Below, piece after piece: positions 52,501 to 64,000 of a stretch of 64,000 bases of DNA (position 1 is its first letter; each line of letters starts with the position of its first letter). The stretch lies in assembly GCA_043228905.1 (NCBI GenBank), contig JBHGNT010000011.1, positions 20,584,001-20,648,000 on the forward strand, written 5' to 3'. Both the position numbers and the translations under genes were made by a program. The stretch comes from Azolla caroliniana. Lineage: Eukaryota; Plantae; Polypodiophyta. Under the pieces are notes generated by a model. The model was given only the letters and a program-made list of their open reading frames with translations, was not told the origin of the DNA and did not search any database.

Positions 52501-55500
52501 ATTTTTGTTTTTTAATGTTTTTTTGCTTTTTATTTTTTCTTATTTGTTTTTATTTTTATTTGTGCTTGGACGGCCTTGATCATCCGAGATTCCCGAGATG
52601 AGTTCAAGGCCGTCCAAGCCCTAGATTCACTCCCTCTTCACATTTATGAACCTGAGGTCGAATAGAAACGAGGGGATTGTGATTCTTGTCAAAATGTTCA
52701 TCGGAAGAGAAAATGAAAGAAGAAGATTAAGATTACAACAAAGCATAAATGGTCAGAGTTGTCCAGTGGAACAAAAGTGTCAAGGGTTCAAACACCACTA
52801 AAAGTAAATCAGGGAAAAAAATGAGCTGCAATGCATAACTGACAGCAAGGACGTGAATACGTTCACGTAAACTTTGCCGAAGTTGGGGCCCATTCAAAGT
52901 GAAGACTGAATGCATGCTCAAAAGAGGAATTAATGGTGAATTTTGAAAATATATAATAATATTTTTATTCAACAATAGAGCTCTTGAAATCTGCATAACG
53001 AGCAAGAGAGGTCATTCTTGGGGTCGCCAATTTTGTGATTTGGATGCCCAAGCATCGACAATTAACTGAATCATATGGTAGTGAATCACAACCAAGGTGA
53101 TGATGCCATTGTTCATAGACTTGCCATGCTAAACCCAAGGATATATTCCCCTAATTCTTACTCTTATTCCTTTTTATCCTATATAAAAGGGTTTACATAT
53201 TGTCTTGTTTAATTTTTTATTCAACTTGCCAAAAACTTATTGTAAATCAATGAGGTTTATAATAGTAGTTCTCCGTGTCATCTGTTAAGATTCATGTTAA
53301 AATTGACTTAATATGTATGTAAACAACGCTCTAAGAAAGAAACGACAAAAAGGGAGGTGGTGAAATCCCTTATGAAATTGTCAACAAGTTGATCCTTCCA
53401 CTTCATTCAACGTGAAGACATTCTTGGCATAGTTCTTCACGAGTGAAAATGCTCATTTTCATGTGGAGCTTGTAGAGACATTTTTTTGTATAAGCCAAGG
53501 GTGCTCAATTTCTGAAAACAACTCAATAAGAAAGAAGCATTCAATGAGGTCATCAAGAGAACATGTGTAAATGCACATGTGTGTGCCACTCAAGCAACGC
53601 TCTGGTGTTGTAGAGTTCGTGATCAGTGTGTTGAACTGCTGGGGTTATGAACGAGGAGAGTTTGCAAAGAAAGAGAGAGAGAGATGAGCACATACAAGAG
53701 ATGGAGATAATATATGAATCAAGAAGCAAAGAGTATATGATGAAAATATGCTGTATTAAATTGGGAATATAAGATTCTGACCATAAGGATGATACCTTTT
53801 CTCTGCCACACTCCAAGAGAGAGATGAGCACATACAAGAGATGGAGATAATATATGAATCAAGAAGCAAAGAGTATATGATGAAAATATGCTGTATTAAA
53901 TTGGGAATATAAGATTTCGACCATAAGGATGACACCTTTTCTCTGCCACACTCCGACTTGAACCTTTGACTTCGATCTTGATAGACGAAAAACTTTCCGA
54001 ATGAGCTAGCTTAATCTCTTGATTACTGATCAATGTATTTTTCCTTGATGCTGACATGCTTCCTTTCCTTCTCCTTAAATAGGTTTTTGAATAAGAATGC
54101 ATGTGGTATGTGAGTGCATCTGATGAATGGAATGCATTTGATGTATGATTGCCACTTGGCACACATTTGTTATGTGTGATGCATTGACTAACCATGTTGC
54201 TCATCAGAGTCACCATGTATGCAATATTGCATAAGACATAGATACAATGATGAAAATATAAACTTGTATAAGAACTTATCCTAATGGTTTATACTCAGTG
54301 TTTTATATGTGAACAAAGGAAGATGTGATGCTTGGGCAAACTTTTTGTGCGTCCAAATCTTATTTCATGTGTTGCCTCCTCCTGTATGGATTCAGGCCCC
54401 TTTCATGGAATTGACCCCCTTTCGCGGGTTGGGTCCCTTTTTGTGGATTTGGGGCTCCGTCATGGATTCGACCCCCCTTTTGTGTGTTTGGCCCCCTTTG
54501 ATAGAATTAGGTCTCTCTTTGTGGAATGAAGGCCCTTTTGTGCTTTGAGCACCCGCCTGGTTCTCACTTGCGCGCACTCCCAAAACCTCAATCACACTAT
54601 CTCTGCACACACATGGACACAAATTTCTTCCCAAGCCATGACAACGTTTGCGTCCTCGAAGAATTTGCAAAGATGGTGTCATGACTTGGTGGGTCCAAGG
54701 GTAGAAACCAATGGTAAGTTGAGAGTACAAGTAATATGTGCAGATTATGGAAAAAGAAAATGACAAAAACAAAGGGGAGTAGCCAAATGGTTAAGGCTAT
54801 TCATTATTTGGGAAAGATGTAGGTGCAAAGCCTGGTAGACGTATGCACTGGAGGAGCCTACCCTTTTTGCATCTCCATGAGAAATGGGCTAGGTGGGCAT
54901 AGGAGGCTTGCCTCTCTCCGCATAGGTTCTTTTGATGAATGGGTAAATACCCCATTTGTTGTAAACCAATTGTCTCATGGGCCAATTTTGGTCTTAGAAG
55001 AAGTTAATGTATCTGTCTTTCTTTCTTTCTTTCTTTCTCCCCTCTCACTATAAAAGGGGAGGTTGAGAGACAAATAAGAGTTCCCTCAATTTTGGGGGAA
55101 GATTATTATTTTGGACATTTTCTTCTTTGGTTCTTAGAGTCTTCTTTCTCCTATTGGGTATCAGGGTTAGAGTTTATTTCTTTTAGGGTTTCTTGTTCAC
55201 CATTTTTGGTTTCTGCCTTCTTGCACCCCCAATTTTGTTTCTTGGAGGTTCCATTTTCTTATCTCATTCTTTGGTTCCTTCTTATGTTTCGGGCAAGGTT
55301 TTTCCCCAAGGTTAGTGTTTAGAGTTTTCAGTTTATCATCTTCTTCTACCATGCTAATGATATTTCGGGTTATGGGTGGCAGTAATTAGGGTTGGGTGAG
55401 TTCGGTGGTGGAGAGGTTGGTTTTAGGAGTTGCTCGGTTTGGGTGAAGGAATCATGAAGAGGATGCATAGATCCTACATCAACAAGAGGCGATGTAGCCG

Positions 55501-58169
55501 TTGAATGTAGGCAGGCCTCGCTGAAGCTTGCGAAAGCTAACCTATCTTTTACCCATTAGACTAATTTGACTCCTAATCTTGTCTCTCACATACTCTTATC
55601 TACAAAGGGTTTCATCGATGTACTTTTTAGTTGAATTACTCTAAATTTGTTGTATTAGTTAAGCTTATAACTGCATTACTGTTGTTAATTAACATGGGGT
55701 CTGGGAAGAAGTTTGTGTCAATGTGTGCGGAGATAGTGTGATTGTGGCCCGATTCCACTAAAGGGGGCCGAAAGGTGGTTCTGCTCAAGCAGCACATGCG
55801 CATTTACGTGACAACTGTCCTTTCTGTGGGCACAAGCAGACCACATATCTCCTGCACAATGTCAGAATTGGCACGAGCATGTGTGTGCACAATCTCCTGC
55901 ACAAGAATGTCTGGTCACTAAATTCTTGTTTTATTCTAGCAAAAAAGCCAACAGAACAATGGCTTGATCTTTGTCAATTTTGATCTCAAGTCTAAGAAGA
56001 GTAATGCACATGTTGAACTTGATGAGAGTTGAGGCTTCAGATCCTTCCGGCATCTTCAACTCATCGAACTTTTTCTACAAATACAACTTTTTTCTCAAAG
56101 ACTAACTACAGGTTCATCAGAGAAGTTTTGTTCTACACAACGTACTTCATTTTTGGAGCAAGACCAAGTTATTCTGGTCATTGGCTTTGCTTGTAAATTT
56201 TCCAATCATGTTTCACCCGATGTGAGTGAAGGCTTCAGAGCATTTTGCACTAGAGCAACTCTTTCTTCAAATTTAACCTATTTGTCAAAGTCCTTGATAT
56301 ATATATATATATACTGTATATATATATATCTAACTTCCCCTGCAGCCTCACTGGAGAAGTCTGCTTCAACAATGTGCGTAATTTCTATAGCAATTCATAT
56401 TGTGCTCACTGTCTTTGCTTGTAATTCTTTCCCATAATCATATTTCATTTCTTCAGGCTTTAAATTGAGTAAGCTTTACCAAATGTTGAAGTTGGTCTTT
56501 CCATCAAAAGGCATCAAGTCAATCTTTGTAATTGCCATGGCTATTATACCAATTGTTGTGTGGATACGGGGACAAAGATGATATGGAAATAACAGCAAAA
56601 TAAATAGATGAAAGTCAGGATATGCGAAGTTTTCTACATTTGGCAAATTGCTATTTCCACTAAGCAGACTAAGGCAAAACTCTCAATTCACGCTCAACCT
56701 CACTTCCCTAAAATAACAGATCCCTAAAACTTTTCTCTCCAATAATTTTCTCCTCGTGTTCAATCACAAAGAACATCTATTTATAGTCCCTTACAAACAT
56801 AACATGCATGAGGCACTTAGCTAACATTCACCATTAGACTTGTTTAACTTGCAAAGGCATGCAATGGTTAAACCTCATTATAAAAAATATTTGGCGTAAT
56901 TCAAGCTATACTAAGAACATTAACTAATATATTATATTTATATCTATATTATATCCATGCATGTGTGGGTATGTGAATGCGTGTGTGTATATGTATATCC
57001 ATGGATGTATTGATAGATGGGTATGGACTATGGATTGATATACATGCGTATTTATGGATATATGTATATCCATGGGTATGTGCATGTAAACCCAGGAATT
57101 TATAGATGCATGGGTGTAAATGGGTGGATATATATGTATGTATAGTGATGGATGTATGATGGATATATGGGTTTGTATATCCATGGATGCATGGGTAGAT
57201 GGCTATGAATTTCTATATTTTTCTGTATTTATGTACATTTGTGTGAATCTATATCTATATTATATCTATCTATCTATCTATGGTATGTATTGATGAATCA
57301 ATGGATCAGTAGAATGCATGTATATTATGGATCGATATTGATGTATAGACCAGTATTGATATAAGGATTAATGTGGATACATGAATCTATATGTAAATAT
57401 CAAGCCATGACCTTGTGCTATTTCTTTGTTCGACTTTTTAAATCTTTTTTTCTGATGGACAATAAGTGGCATGCATATATTGTCTCATTCACCTTATGTT
57501 TATGCTATATTATGGTTTATCTGGATTAATAAGTTACTGAATTAAGATCATGATCCTCACATTCAACATTCTGCCGTGTGGATGGCAAATAGTAATGTAA
57601 TCCAGTTCAAAGTTAAGAGTTGGAGAAAAAAACTGCAATTGTATTCATGTAAATGATCCATAATTAGAAGTCTCTTGTCAATAGGTAGGTCATTGATGTT
57701 GAAGGAAGAAAGCTCAATAACGTGATAACATTTCCTCCTGATGGTGCCTTCATTGTGAATTCAACAATCGAAGTTGTATCGTCACAAAGAGTAAACTTCA
57801 AGTAAAGACCTATTAAATGTATACATTGATATATTTGTTTGCGATATTGCACACAATTTCTAATACTTCATAGTGTTAGATTCACGAGTGCGAAACTTCG
57901 AGGATCGGGTTGGAATATTCCATTCCCACCTTTTGGCCAGGGTTGGTAAGTAAAAGAGATACCCAAAGCTAAGTTATACTTTTGTGTTATGTTTTACTGG
58001 ATTCCTATGATATATTAATCCTTAATTAAATATGAAAATTTAGACTAAATTTATGCTATTTTCTTGTAGGTTTGACTCGATTTATTTGGACGATATGATA
58101 CGAATTGCGAAGGATATAAGAGGGGACTATCTTATTGTTGAGAAGGCTCCTTATTCATGGAAGGAATAG
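43564..58169 (+). CDS. FBN9: Plastid lipid-associated protein / fibrillin, FBN9 (At4g00030)-like
   Basis: Exons 43564-43956, 57689-57801, 57880-57945, 58070-58169 (TAG) join in frame: LSATWRMLWTTEKEQLFIIEKAGLFGTEAGDILQ|VIDVEGRKLNNVITFPPDG..QRVNFK|FTSAKLRG..PFPPFGQGW|FDSIYLDDMIRIAKDIRGDYLIVEKAPYSWKE. Intron 1 = 43957-57688. Confidence 0.9.
44471..44964. mobile_element. hAT-type MITE, same family, in FBN9 intron 1
   Basis: TIR TAACAATCGGCAACGGTTCGG / CCGAACCGTTGCCGATTGTTA with 8-bp TSD GGGATACT. Confidence 0.9.
47445..48614 (+). CDS. Truncated transposase-like protein: HHCC zinc-binding motif plus FAR1/WRKY-GCM1-type zinc finger (MULE-like N-terminus)
   Basis: 389 aa; N-terminal FDLNRSP, acidic tract, AHVKTRHLG..ACGC, YICHRGG..KRCGCTFRVNV..NQHSGHDP. 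The last ~28 codons are read through the repeated terminal module, so the ORF ends before any DDE domain. Confidence 0.6.
   Translation: MFDLNRSPSHCSTSYAIEEHDTNASHDAWVSLDESDIYTTSDSVNSDAHTTSESASDDDSMDSDNVNPMNIDLVKYPDARLFMPKGFFTFNKACYQLMVSDILGLCNISLAVLRDANDGVIVDLRSWKRMKQGLVLMEDKEIYLKDSPNLRIPYVEQWEEIVANAHVKTRHLGLKDTLQEIKKGWSIDTRYHGLSRVYVKACIDACGCQNIQKTTPLDMQHHYTSNAPNEEYVVEESMLREVLDDIQVKYSTCLKKCHTNAKYLESYICHRGGESRRGSKCIRRCKTTKRCGCTFRVNVHRLIGDRKQLSIVVYNQHSGHDPSAPHEVYHLKVHPNVIKCCMDDLFDIGCARHVARISMRKALIDLRFINVTIRPQVHKCEERVNLGLG
49813..49912. other. Assembly gap (100 N) flanked by a 492-bp direct duplication
   Basis: 49321-49812 appears identical to 49913-50404, as expected for unmerged overlapping contig ends. 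Confidence 0.9.
50096..50345. repeat. 106-bp tandem repeats at the inner end of the right transposon copy
   Basis: GAGGGAAAGAGAGAAAGGGATTTGAACATGAG recurs at 50096, 50202 and 50308 (also duplicated before the N gap). Confidence 0.85.
50643..51818 (-). CDS. Second, inverted copy of the truncated MULE-like transposase ORF
   Basis: Same protein as 47445-48614, two codons longer because it has CGA where the left copy has TGA. Confidence 0.6.
   Translation of the reverse strand: MFDLNRSPSHCSTSYAIEEHDTNASHDAWVSLDESDIYTTSDSVNSDAHTTSESASDDDSMDSDNVNPMNIDLVKYPDARLFMPKGFFTFNKACYQLMVSDILGLCNISLAVLRDANDGVIVDLRSWKRMKQGLVLMEDKEIYLKDSPNLRIPYVEQWEEIVANAHVKTRHLGLKDTLQEIKKGWSIDTRYHGLSRVYVKACIDACGCQNIQKTTPLDMQHHYTSNAPNEEYVVEESMLREVLDDIQVKYSTCLKKCHTNAKYLESYICHRGGESRRGSKCIRRCKTTKRCGCTFRVNVHRLIGDRKQLSIVVYNQHSGHDPSAPHEVYHLKVHPNVIKCCMDDLFDIGCARHVARISMRKALIDLRFINVTIRPQVHKCEERVNLGLGRP
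53090..55481. mobile_element. LTR-like retroelement remnant with internal 140-bp tandem duplication
   Basis: Ends in GATCCTACATCA and has a TATAAAAGGGG box followed by a pyrimidine-rich tract; duplication at 53677-53954. Left boundary and TSD not resolved. Confidence 0.4.
55750..56900 (-). mobile_element. Degenerate copia LTR, PBS and gag remnant
   Basis: Minus strand: LTR end CAACA at 56554, degenerate PBS TGGTATAATAGC, then MAITKIDLMPFDGKTNFNIW* (copia gag N-terminus) with stops. Boundaries approximate. Confidence 0.65.
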
Positions 58170-59050
58170 CAAAATCCATGGCAATATAATGTGATCAACG
58201 ATCAACCAATGCCTATTTTTATATGTATTTTTTGTCTACATTATTGTCACATAATACAATAATTGCTATTTTGGCCTTATGGAGAATGTAAACTATGTCA
58301 AATTGCTAACTACAGTGAAATTGCATTATTGAGATCGAAAAATTATATCTCAGAAGTCTTGAAATCTTTGGGGGAAATGAATATTGAATGCTGGATGTTC
58401 AAATTGATGTAACATGTAAGCCTACAATGGATGTGTCGCTTTAGTTTGAATTCGTTATGAAGAAAAACTACTGTATTGCAATATTATTATGAAGAAAACA
58501 CAACCATATGCTATTAGTATTAAGAAGAAAACTAACAATATCTAATAGCAGGAGAAGCATTACCAAAATATGTTTCAGAGACGTTAAAATCATATTAGAA
58601 AAGGATAGAAAGGCTAGAATTTGACAGGGAAGAATTGGTTGGCTTGCCTTAAAAAGTTATTATACAAATGGCAGAGAAGCTGTTTTGTGAGAACGAGGGA
58701 ACTAAAATTTAGATTGGGATTGATTGTCGGTTGTGAAACAAACACCATTCTTAGCTGATATCCTTCGTTCAAATTCGGAAACAAGTGTTTGCTTCCTCAA
58801 AGGTAATCCTTGCACACTTTCAATTGCCATACTAATCTTGTCTGTATCATTCCAATTTTATCAGATGTCCCCGGGAATGATGGAATGATTGAATGGTGGG
58901 AGATGTTATGACATTACTAACCAAATGTAATGTTATGGACCAGTCAGTGGCCACTATATTCTCAACTCAATTCACGAAGTGGTTCATTTTTGAAAACAAG
59001 TGTTTGTATTATCATTTATGTATGTATTGAGAATGCTAAAGTGCTTATAG

Positions 59051-60553
<1,503 letters not shown>

Positions 60554-63500
60554 GGCTTTTACTTATTTATTGTGTTCTGGGTATGCTACTACATCATACT
60601 CCAATTTGTTTTTGGTGGTTTTGAATGATGGTTTTCTCATTATCAGAGATCATTGTAGGTAGCCTCATTACAAGATAGTGGAGAGAAATGATCTCTTGTT
60701 TCTAAGTATGCAAGTAAAGATAATGTGTGAGTTTGTTCTTAGAATTTAAAGCTATATCCAAAAAGGCTTTAGCCACATGTCAACCTACTCTTGGTTGGGT
60801 GGAGTAATCGTGTTGTTATGACTGAGGTTCTAGTGTTGGAATCAAAGCCTAATTCCCTTATTATCATGATCAGTTCATTAATGTTTTGTAGCTTGTGCTA
60901 CCAAGAGAATGGTCGATGATGGATTGGCTAAACGGACAAGGTTGGATATGGGGTCATCTTCATCCAGTTGAGGGACACATCTTAGAAATAGTAAGACCAT
61001 TGTGCCATCTAGGTCATCATCAACCTTAATCAAGGTTGTAATATCTTGTTGCTAAGATCGTGTCATCTCTGACGAGGCGCACTCCAAAATACCCCTGTTG
61101 TCTGTCATCTCTAGTGTTTCTTTGCGTTACTTTGTTACCATTGTTGGTAGTGTGATCTTGCGGTAGTCACTTTGGTAGAGTCTGGTAATTATAGTGAATG
61201 TAGTACATAGGATAGGGGCACCATGCGTAGATGTTTGGGAGGAGATTAGTACCATCAAATGGACTTGGGATTACTTAAGACAATGTTTTGGGTGCATGTT
61301 TCCCAAGTAGGTCATTTTCTTCCCTGCTTGGTCCATACATCTGCATTTGTGGCTCTGGTTTGTAGTGTAATTTGTAAGTGCAAAATTAATTCCCACAATA
61401 TTATGCTATAATTGGCTTTGGAAACTATCTTTTGTGTGAGTAGATAACAAGTTTGAGGATTACATTATACATTTACATATATTTGTCTATGAGACACAAA
61501 AATAGTACACATTAGCCACAAATTTAAATTTGGCAGGGGTGTAGGAACACAAGGACCTACTTGGGTAGTTATGCTAATACCTTTTTGGGTCTAGATGTCA
61601 AAGTTGCCTAGTTAGAGTTATGCTAATACCTTTTTGGGTCTAGATGGCTACACCAATTTGGAGAGTTTATTGTTAAACGTGTCACCACCAATCAATTACA
61701 CTTGAAGCTTGATTGTTGTCTATCATGAGGAAACTTTGTAGGAGACCAATGCCTCATAAAGATTGTCTACGTGGGATTATCCCTTCGTTGGTTAGGACTC
61801 ATGGGGTGTATAATCCCATTCACACCCCTAACTTTTGTCACTTAATGTTCATGTCAACCCAATAGAGCTCATACGTCTTTGGTGTTCTTTCTAATCTCTA
61901 TGCATTTCTTGAAAGGGATATCTACGTAGGCATCAATTATTTTATTGAGTTGGTTTTGGCCAATTGAGGCATCTTATACCACAATTGATGATATAGTATT
62001 ATTGGGATTGCTTACATGTGATACACAAATTTACATCGGAAGTGATAATCAATGGTAGATCGTAGAGCATCTTGGCTTATATCTTGTTTGAAGCGGTAAA
62101 CAATCCTGTTAGCTAAAGAATCCAAGAATTTATAATATGAATGATGACTATCAAACCCTCCCTTATGGCTTAGATTTCTCCTACTCATCGTTCAAATCTT
62201 GATTATCCATCATTTGTGGCGCATTCCAATTCCCAACGTTTTGCAATGCTAATCCAATTCACAATTTTTTTATTATGGATGCTAGCCCTTTGTACTCAAA
62301 TATTTGCAAGTCTTTCTAGCACATTGACTATCATTGCCCATTCAGGTTACAAGTTGATTCAGGAAAAGAGAAAGGGAAAGATGCACATGTACATCCCTTT
62401 TCAATCTACAAGTTGATGCCCAACTAGTCCATGTTTGCCACAATGTGAGGACACTTTTATTTCTTCTTTCGAAATCAATTTTGATGTTCTCCCATAGGTT
62501 CATTTTGCATCTTCAAGAAAAGGACGTCTTGTTTTAAAGTACACAAGGTAGGTTGTAGAAGTATTTTTAAAGTCAATTTAGAATATTCTAAGAACTAGTT
62601 TCATGGCTAGTTTTGAACGGGTGAGAAGACAAAAAATCTTCTCGTCGACTTTGACCTTCCCATATCAATTGTTTCTTATTTTTTTGTGATAGCAAAAGTG
62701 GCAACTTTGGCCTCATCTATAGGACTTCTCGGCACTTGGTGAAAGATATTAAACTTATGGGGCAAGCATAGGGTATAACCTCTATGCAGGAGGACCAAGT
62801 TGATCATGTTTATGCCTCTGAGCCAAGCAAATGGGATTGGCACCAAGAGGGGATATTGTAATGTGGAACCAAGTTGTGATTTGGTTCATGCTTATTATAT
62901 TAGAATCTACTAATACCTTATGTTTTGGAATCTTGATGGCTGCACCAAATTGGGGAACTATGTCATTAAGCACAGGAGTGCTTAGACACTACTGATAAAG
63001 ATTTTCCCCAACACTTGTTATGATGTCATTGTGAAATGAGATGGTCCATGTGGGATGCCTTTTGTCAAAATAATGCCTAGACCAATTGTTTCTTCCTTTT
63101 ATGTAACTTCAAAAGTTGTGACTTTAGCCTTAGGTATATGACTTCTTAGCATCATCGTTGCGTCAGAATAAGGTCAAATGTTGATTAATGAGCATGTGCA
63201 CTTGGTGATGATAAGGGAGGTGAAACATTTGGGCAAACATAGGGTACCATCTATGCAAGACAACCAAGTTGTTAATGTCTATGCCTTTTAGCCAAGAGGA
63301 TGGGATTGGCACCAAGTGGGTATGTTGTAAGGTGGCACTAGGTTACGAGTTGGTTGGTTCACTTTGAGTAGATTCAAGGCTACTAATATCTTTGATGGCT
63401 AGACAAAATTGGGGAACTTTATCGTTATGTGCCAAGTGCTAAGACACTATTGGTGTGGGTGATCTCTTGGGGAGTTTTCTCCCCAACAATTGTTATGACA

Positions 63501-64000
63501 TCATTTTGACATGAGGTAGTTCATGTTGGATGTCTTCTGTCAAAATAATACCTTTGAGGAAGACATTTATGCAAGCCTCAATTTTCATAGCTAAAATATG
63601 TAGGATCATCATTGTCTAAGAAACAGGTTTCCTTTAACCTCTTTAATGGCCAATCTCACTCAAAGATCAATTGTCACAACTTTTTGTTAGTGTCTTTCTA
63701 ATGCAACAAGACCGTTATCATGTGTTTGAAAGTATGAAATTAAAATATTCACCTTATGAGAATGAGCATTTTGCTATTATGGGCGCTCTCAAGAAATGTT
63801 GTGCTTGATAATGAAAACATTAAATGGTTAATCAGTCATACTGAAGACTAGCCATAAAGGGTCACTCGGTTCATTCTCTTGCTTGAGAGAAAGGCTCCAA
63901 ATACTGAACCTTGGTATTATTGTCAATTTTGTACTTTCTACGAACCTTGCTCATTTAAATGGGATAAAGGCTCATTAATTTCATTTTCTTGATAGAGAGA

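Larger units (their letters stand above)
46580..52673. mobile_element. Large inverted duplication of a truncated Mutator/FAR1-like DNA transposon segment inside FBN9 intron 1
   Basis: Arms 46580-48950 and 50313-52673 are reverse complements (start CCTCGTTTCTATTCGACCTCAGG, end CCTGAGGTCGAATAGAAACGAGG). Differences seen: one 10-bp indel in an A-rich tract and two CG/TG substitutions (48612, 48638). No clear TSD. Confidence 0.8.

Noticed and set aside
60900-64000. Possible gypsy/LINE relics with a diverged internal repeat
   Set aside because: Too degenerate to classify or delimit by eye.

Overview
Land-plant nuclear DNA, probably from a non-seed vascular plant such as a fern (inferred from gene divergence and TE types). 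It holds six host genes: the 5' part of a TM9SF/TMN endomembrane gene (minus strand, runs off the window start), a divergent pTAC2-like PPR-SMR gene, a Bin3/MePCE-like RNA methyltransferase, an intronless BPS1/ROH1 (DUF793) gene, an FBN9-like plastid fibrillin whose first intron is ~13.7 kb, and an intronless plant-type LL-diaminopimelate aminotransferase. TEs include a very young intact Ty1/copia element (618-bp LTRs, ATATG TSD), three hAT-type MITEs with 8-bp TSDs, tRNA-derived SINE-like repeats, and LINE and LTR remnants. The most striking structure lies in the fibrillin intron: a ~6.1-kb inverted duplication with ~2.37-kb near-identical arms. Each arm carries a hairpin-bearing terminal module and the truncated 5' part of a Mutator/FAR1-like transposase ORF. 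This architecture resembles the maize Mu killer silencing locus. A 100-N gap in its spacer means the structure needs long-read confirmation.
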